A stretch of 64,000 bases of DNA from the human T2T-CHM13v2.0 reference genome, Homo sapiens. The DNA lies in the NCBI RefSeq assembly GCF_009914755.1, contig NC_060935.1. The stretch is one strand, 5' to 3'. The position numbers and the translations under genes were made by a program. The notes under the pieces were generated by a model. That model ran no database searches. It was not told the DNA's origin and worked only from the letters and a program-made list of their open reading frames with translations. The first letter of the stretch is position 1. Every line of letters begins with the position of its first letter. Positions 62,250 through 64,000 of the stretch are shown one piece after another.

Positions 62250-64000
62250 TCAGACCTGATCTCTGCAGGGTAGTCTTGCACATCAGACAGGGCTGGTCTA
62301 ACCTGAGCACTCTTTGGTCTACTGGCCTCTCCCATGGCCCCAGCCTGGCCTTGCCTGCTTACAGGGCAGTCTTGGGGGGCTCTGGAGGCCCACACCATAG
62401 CTTCTGTGCCTGTGGACTGTGCCTGACCAGTGGAAAGCTCCAGAGAGGTGGCCTCTATGGCCACACATCAGCCTGCAAGTTTCCCCCCTATACTGCAGCT
62501 TCCCCTGAGCCCACGGCAACTGCCCACATCACTTCATTGATGTGTGTCTGCAGGGGTGGGTTTTGCTTCATTTGCCCTGCCAGTAGCAGTGCAGTATGCA
62601 ACCCCCCAACCCCCAGTGATGGCTGTTGCAGACAAATCTTTGGCCAGCACAGAGCCAGGAAGCCCCACCTAGCCAGAGCCCCACCCTTGCACAAATCCTG
62701 TACTGAAAACAGGGGATCCTCCTATACCCTGAGTGATCACTCCTGCTTATGGGGCACAGAGAAGGCATCCAGACCTGTGCCACCCCAAGCCAATGCCACC
62801 TCCAGTGCAACAGCACACACAGTCTCCAGCAGGGCCCCCCCACACCCTCACCAACTGCCTTGCCTCTATCGCTGTGGTGAACGCCCACCAGGGAAGCAGG
62901 TACCCCCACATTCTCTAGCACTATGCTGTTGCTGCCACACCCTGGCACCCCCAGCACAGTGGACTCCAAACCTTGAGGAGCTAGAGAACAAAGTCAGGCC
63001 CAGTACAAGTCCCCTACATTAGAACATGCACTCCAGGAGTTGGGAGCTGAGTGTTGGCCCCCTAAAATCTCCCAGAAATGAAGCCAGCTGGCTTAATATG
63101 CTTTATATCACAATCAGACCCTCAAAATCATCAAATAGGACAAAGGAAAAAAATTCAAAGATTGAAGGTAGATAAGCCCACAAAGATGAGAAATAATCAG
63201 CGCAAGGAATGCTGAAAACTCAACAAGCTCGAGTGCCTTCTTTCCTCCAAAGGATAGCATCATCTCTCTAGCAAGAGTTTGAAACCCAGCTGAGGCTGAG
63301 ATGGCTGAAATGACAGAAGTAGAATTTAGTATATGGACAGGTATGAAGTTCAATGAACTACAGGAGTATGTTGTAACCCAATACAAGGAAGCTAAAAATT
63401 ATGATAAAGCATTGCAGGAACTGACACACAAAATAGCCAGTATACAGAAGAATGTAGCTGTCCTGATAGAACTGAAAAACACACTATAAGAATTTCATAA
63501 TGCAAGTATTAATAGCAGAATAGACCAAGCAGAGGAAACACTCAGAGCTTGAAGACTGGCTTTCTGAAATAAGACAGGCAGACAAGAATAGAGAGAAAAA
63601 AAAAGGAATGAACAAAACCTCTGATAAATGTGGGATTATGTAAAGAGACTGAATCTACAACTGATTGGTGTACCTGAAAGAAATGGGGAGAATGGAACCC
63701 ACTTGGAAAACGTATTTCAGGATATCAGCCATGAGAACTTCCCCAACCTAGCTAGAGAGGCCAACATTCAAATTCGGGAAATGCAGAGAACCCCAGTAAA
63801 ATACTTCACAAAAAGATTATCCCCAAGACATATGATCATCAGATTCTCCAAGGTCAAAATGACAGAAAAAATGTTAAAGGCAGCCAGAGAGAAAGGCCAG
63901 GTCATATACAAAGGGAAGCCCATCAGATGAACAGCAGACCTCTCAGCTGAAACCCTACAAGCCAGAGGAGATTGAGGGTCAATATTCAAAATTTCTTAAA
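62250..64000 (+). mobile_element. Older primate L1 (L1PA12-17/L1PB-like) 5' UTR and ORF1, continuing beyond the window
   Basis: ORF1 remnants MWDYVKRLNLQLIGVPE...ENFPNLAREANIQI...LKAAREKGQV, preceded by a C-rich 5' UTR. Confidence 0.88.

Noticed and set aside
62276-63022. 248-aa ORF, the longest in the track
   Set aside because: Lies in a GC-rich L1 5' UTR, starts at a non-ATG codon and has no recognisable domain; likely a chance open frame.

Overview
Human genomic DNA; the identification rests on the encoded protein and on human-specific AluYd8 and AluYb8 elements. The first ~8.7 kb holds the last five coding exons and the 3' UTR of REXO2 (oligoribonuclease, DEDDh family) on the + strand. 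About 2.8 kb further on, a 5'-truncated processed pseudogene of NOCT (nocturnin/CCRN4L) with a poly(A) tail sits inside a Tigger4-type DNA transposon. The remaining ~50 kb is repeat-rich intergenic DNA: Alus, MIR/L2, MER/Tigger elements and MaLR/ERV solo LTRs. It includes a three-level nest of an old near-full-length L1 (-), an L1PA4-like copy (+) inside it, and an AluYb8 inside that. Most ORF-track entries are Alu/L1 or chance frames. I found no clearly new multi-gene system. The best second-look candidates are a near-perfect 33-bp-stem hairpin at 40418-40492, a multi-kb L1 inverted repeat, orphan frame-compatible exon-like segments downstream of REXO2, template-switch scars, and two young, possibly polymorphic Alus. 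Repeat subfamily names come from recalled consensus sequences, and boundaries of old repeats are approximate.
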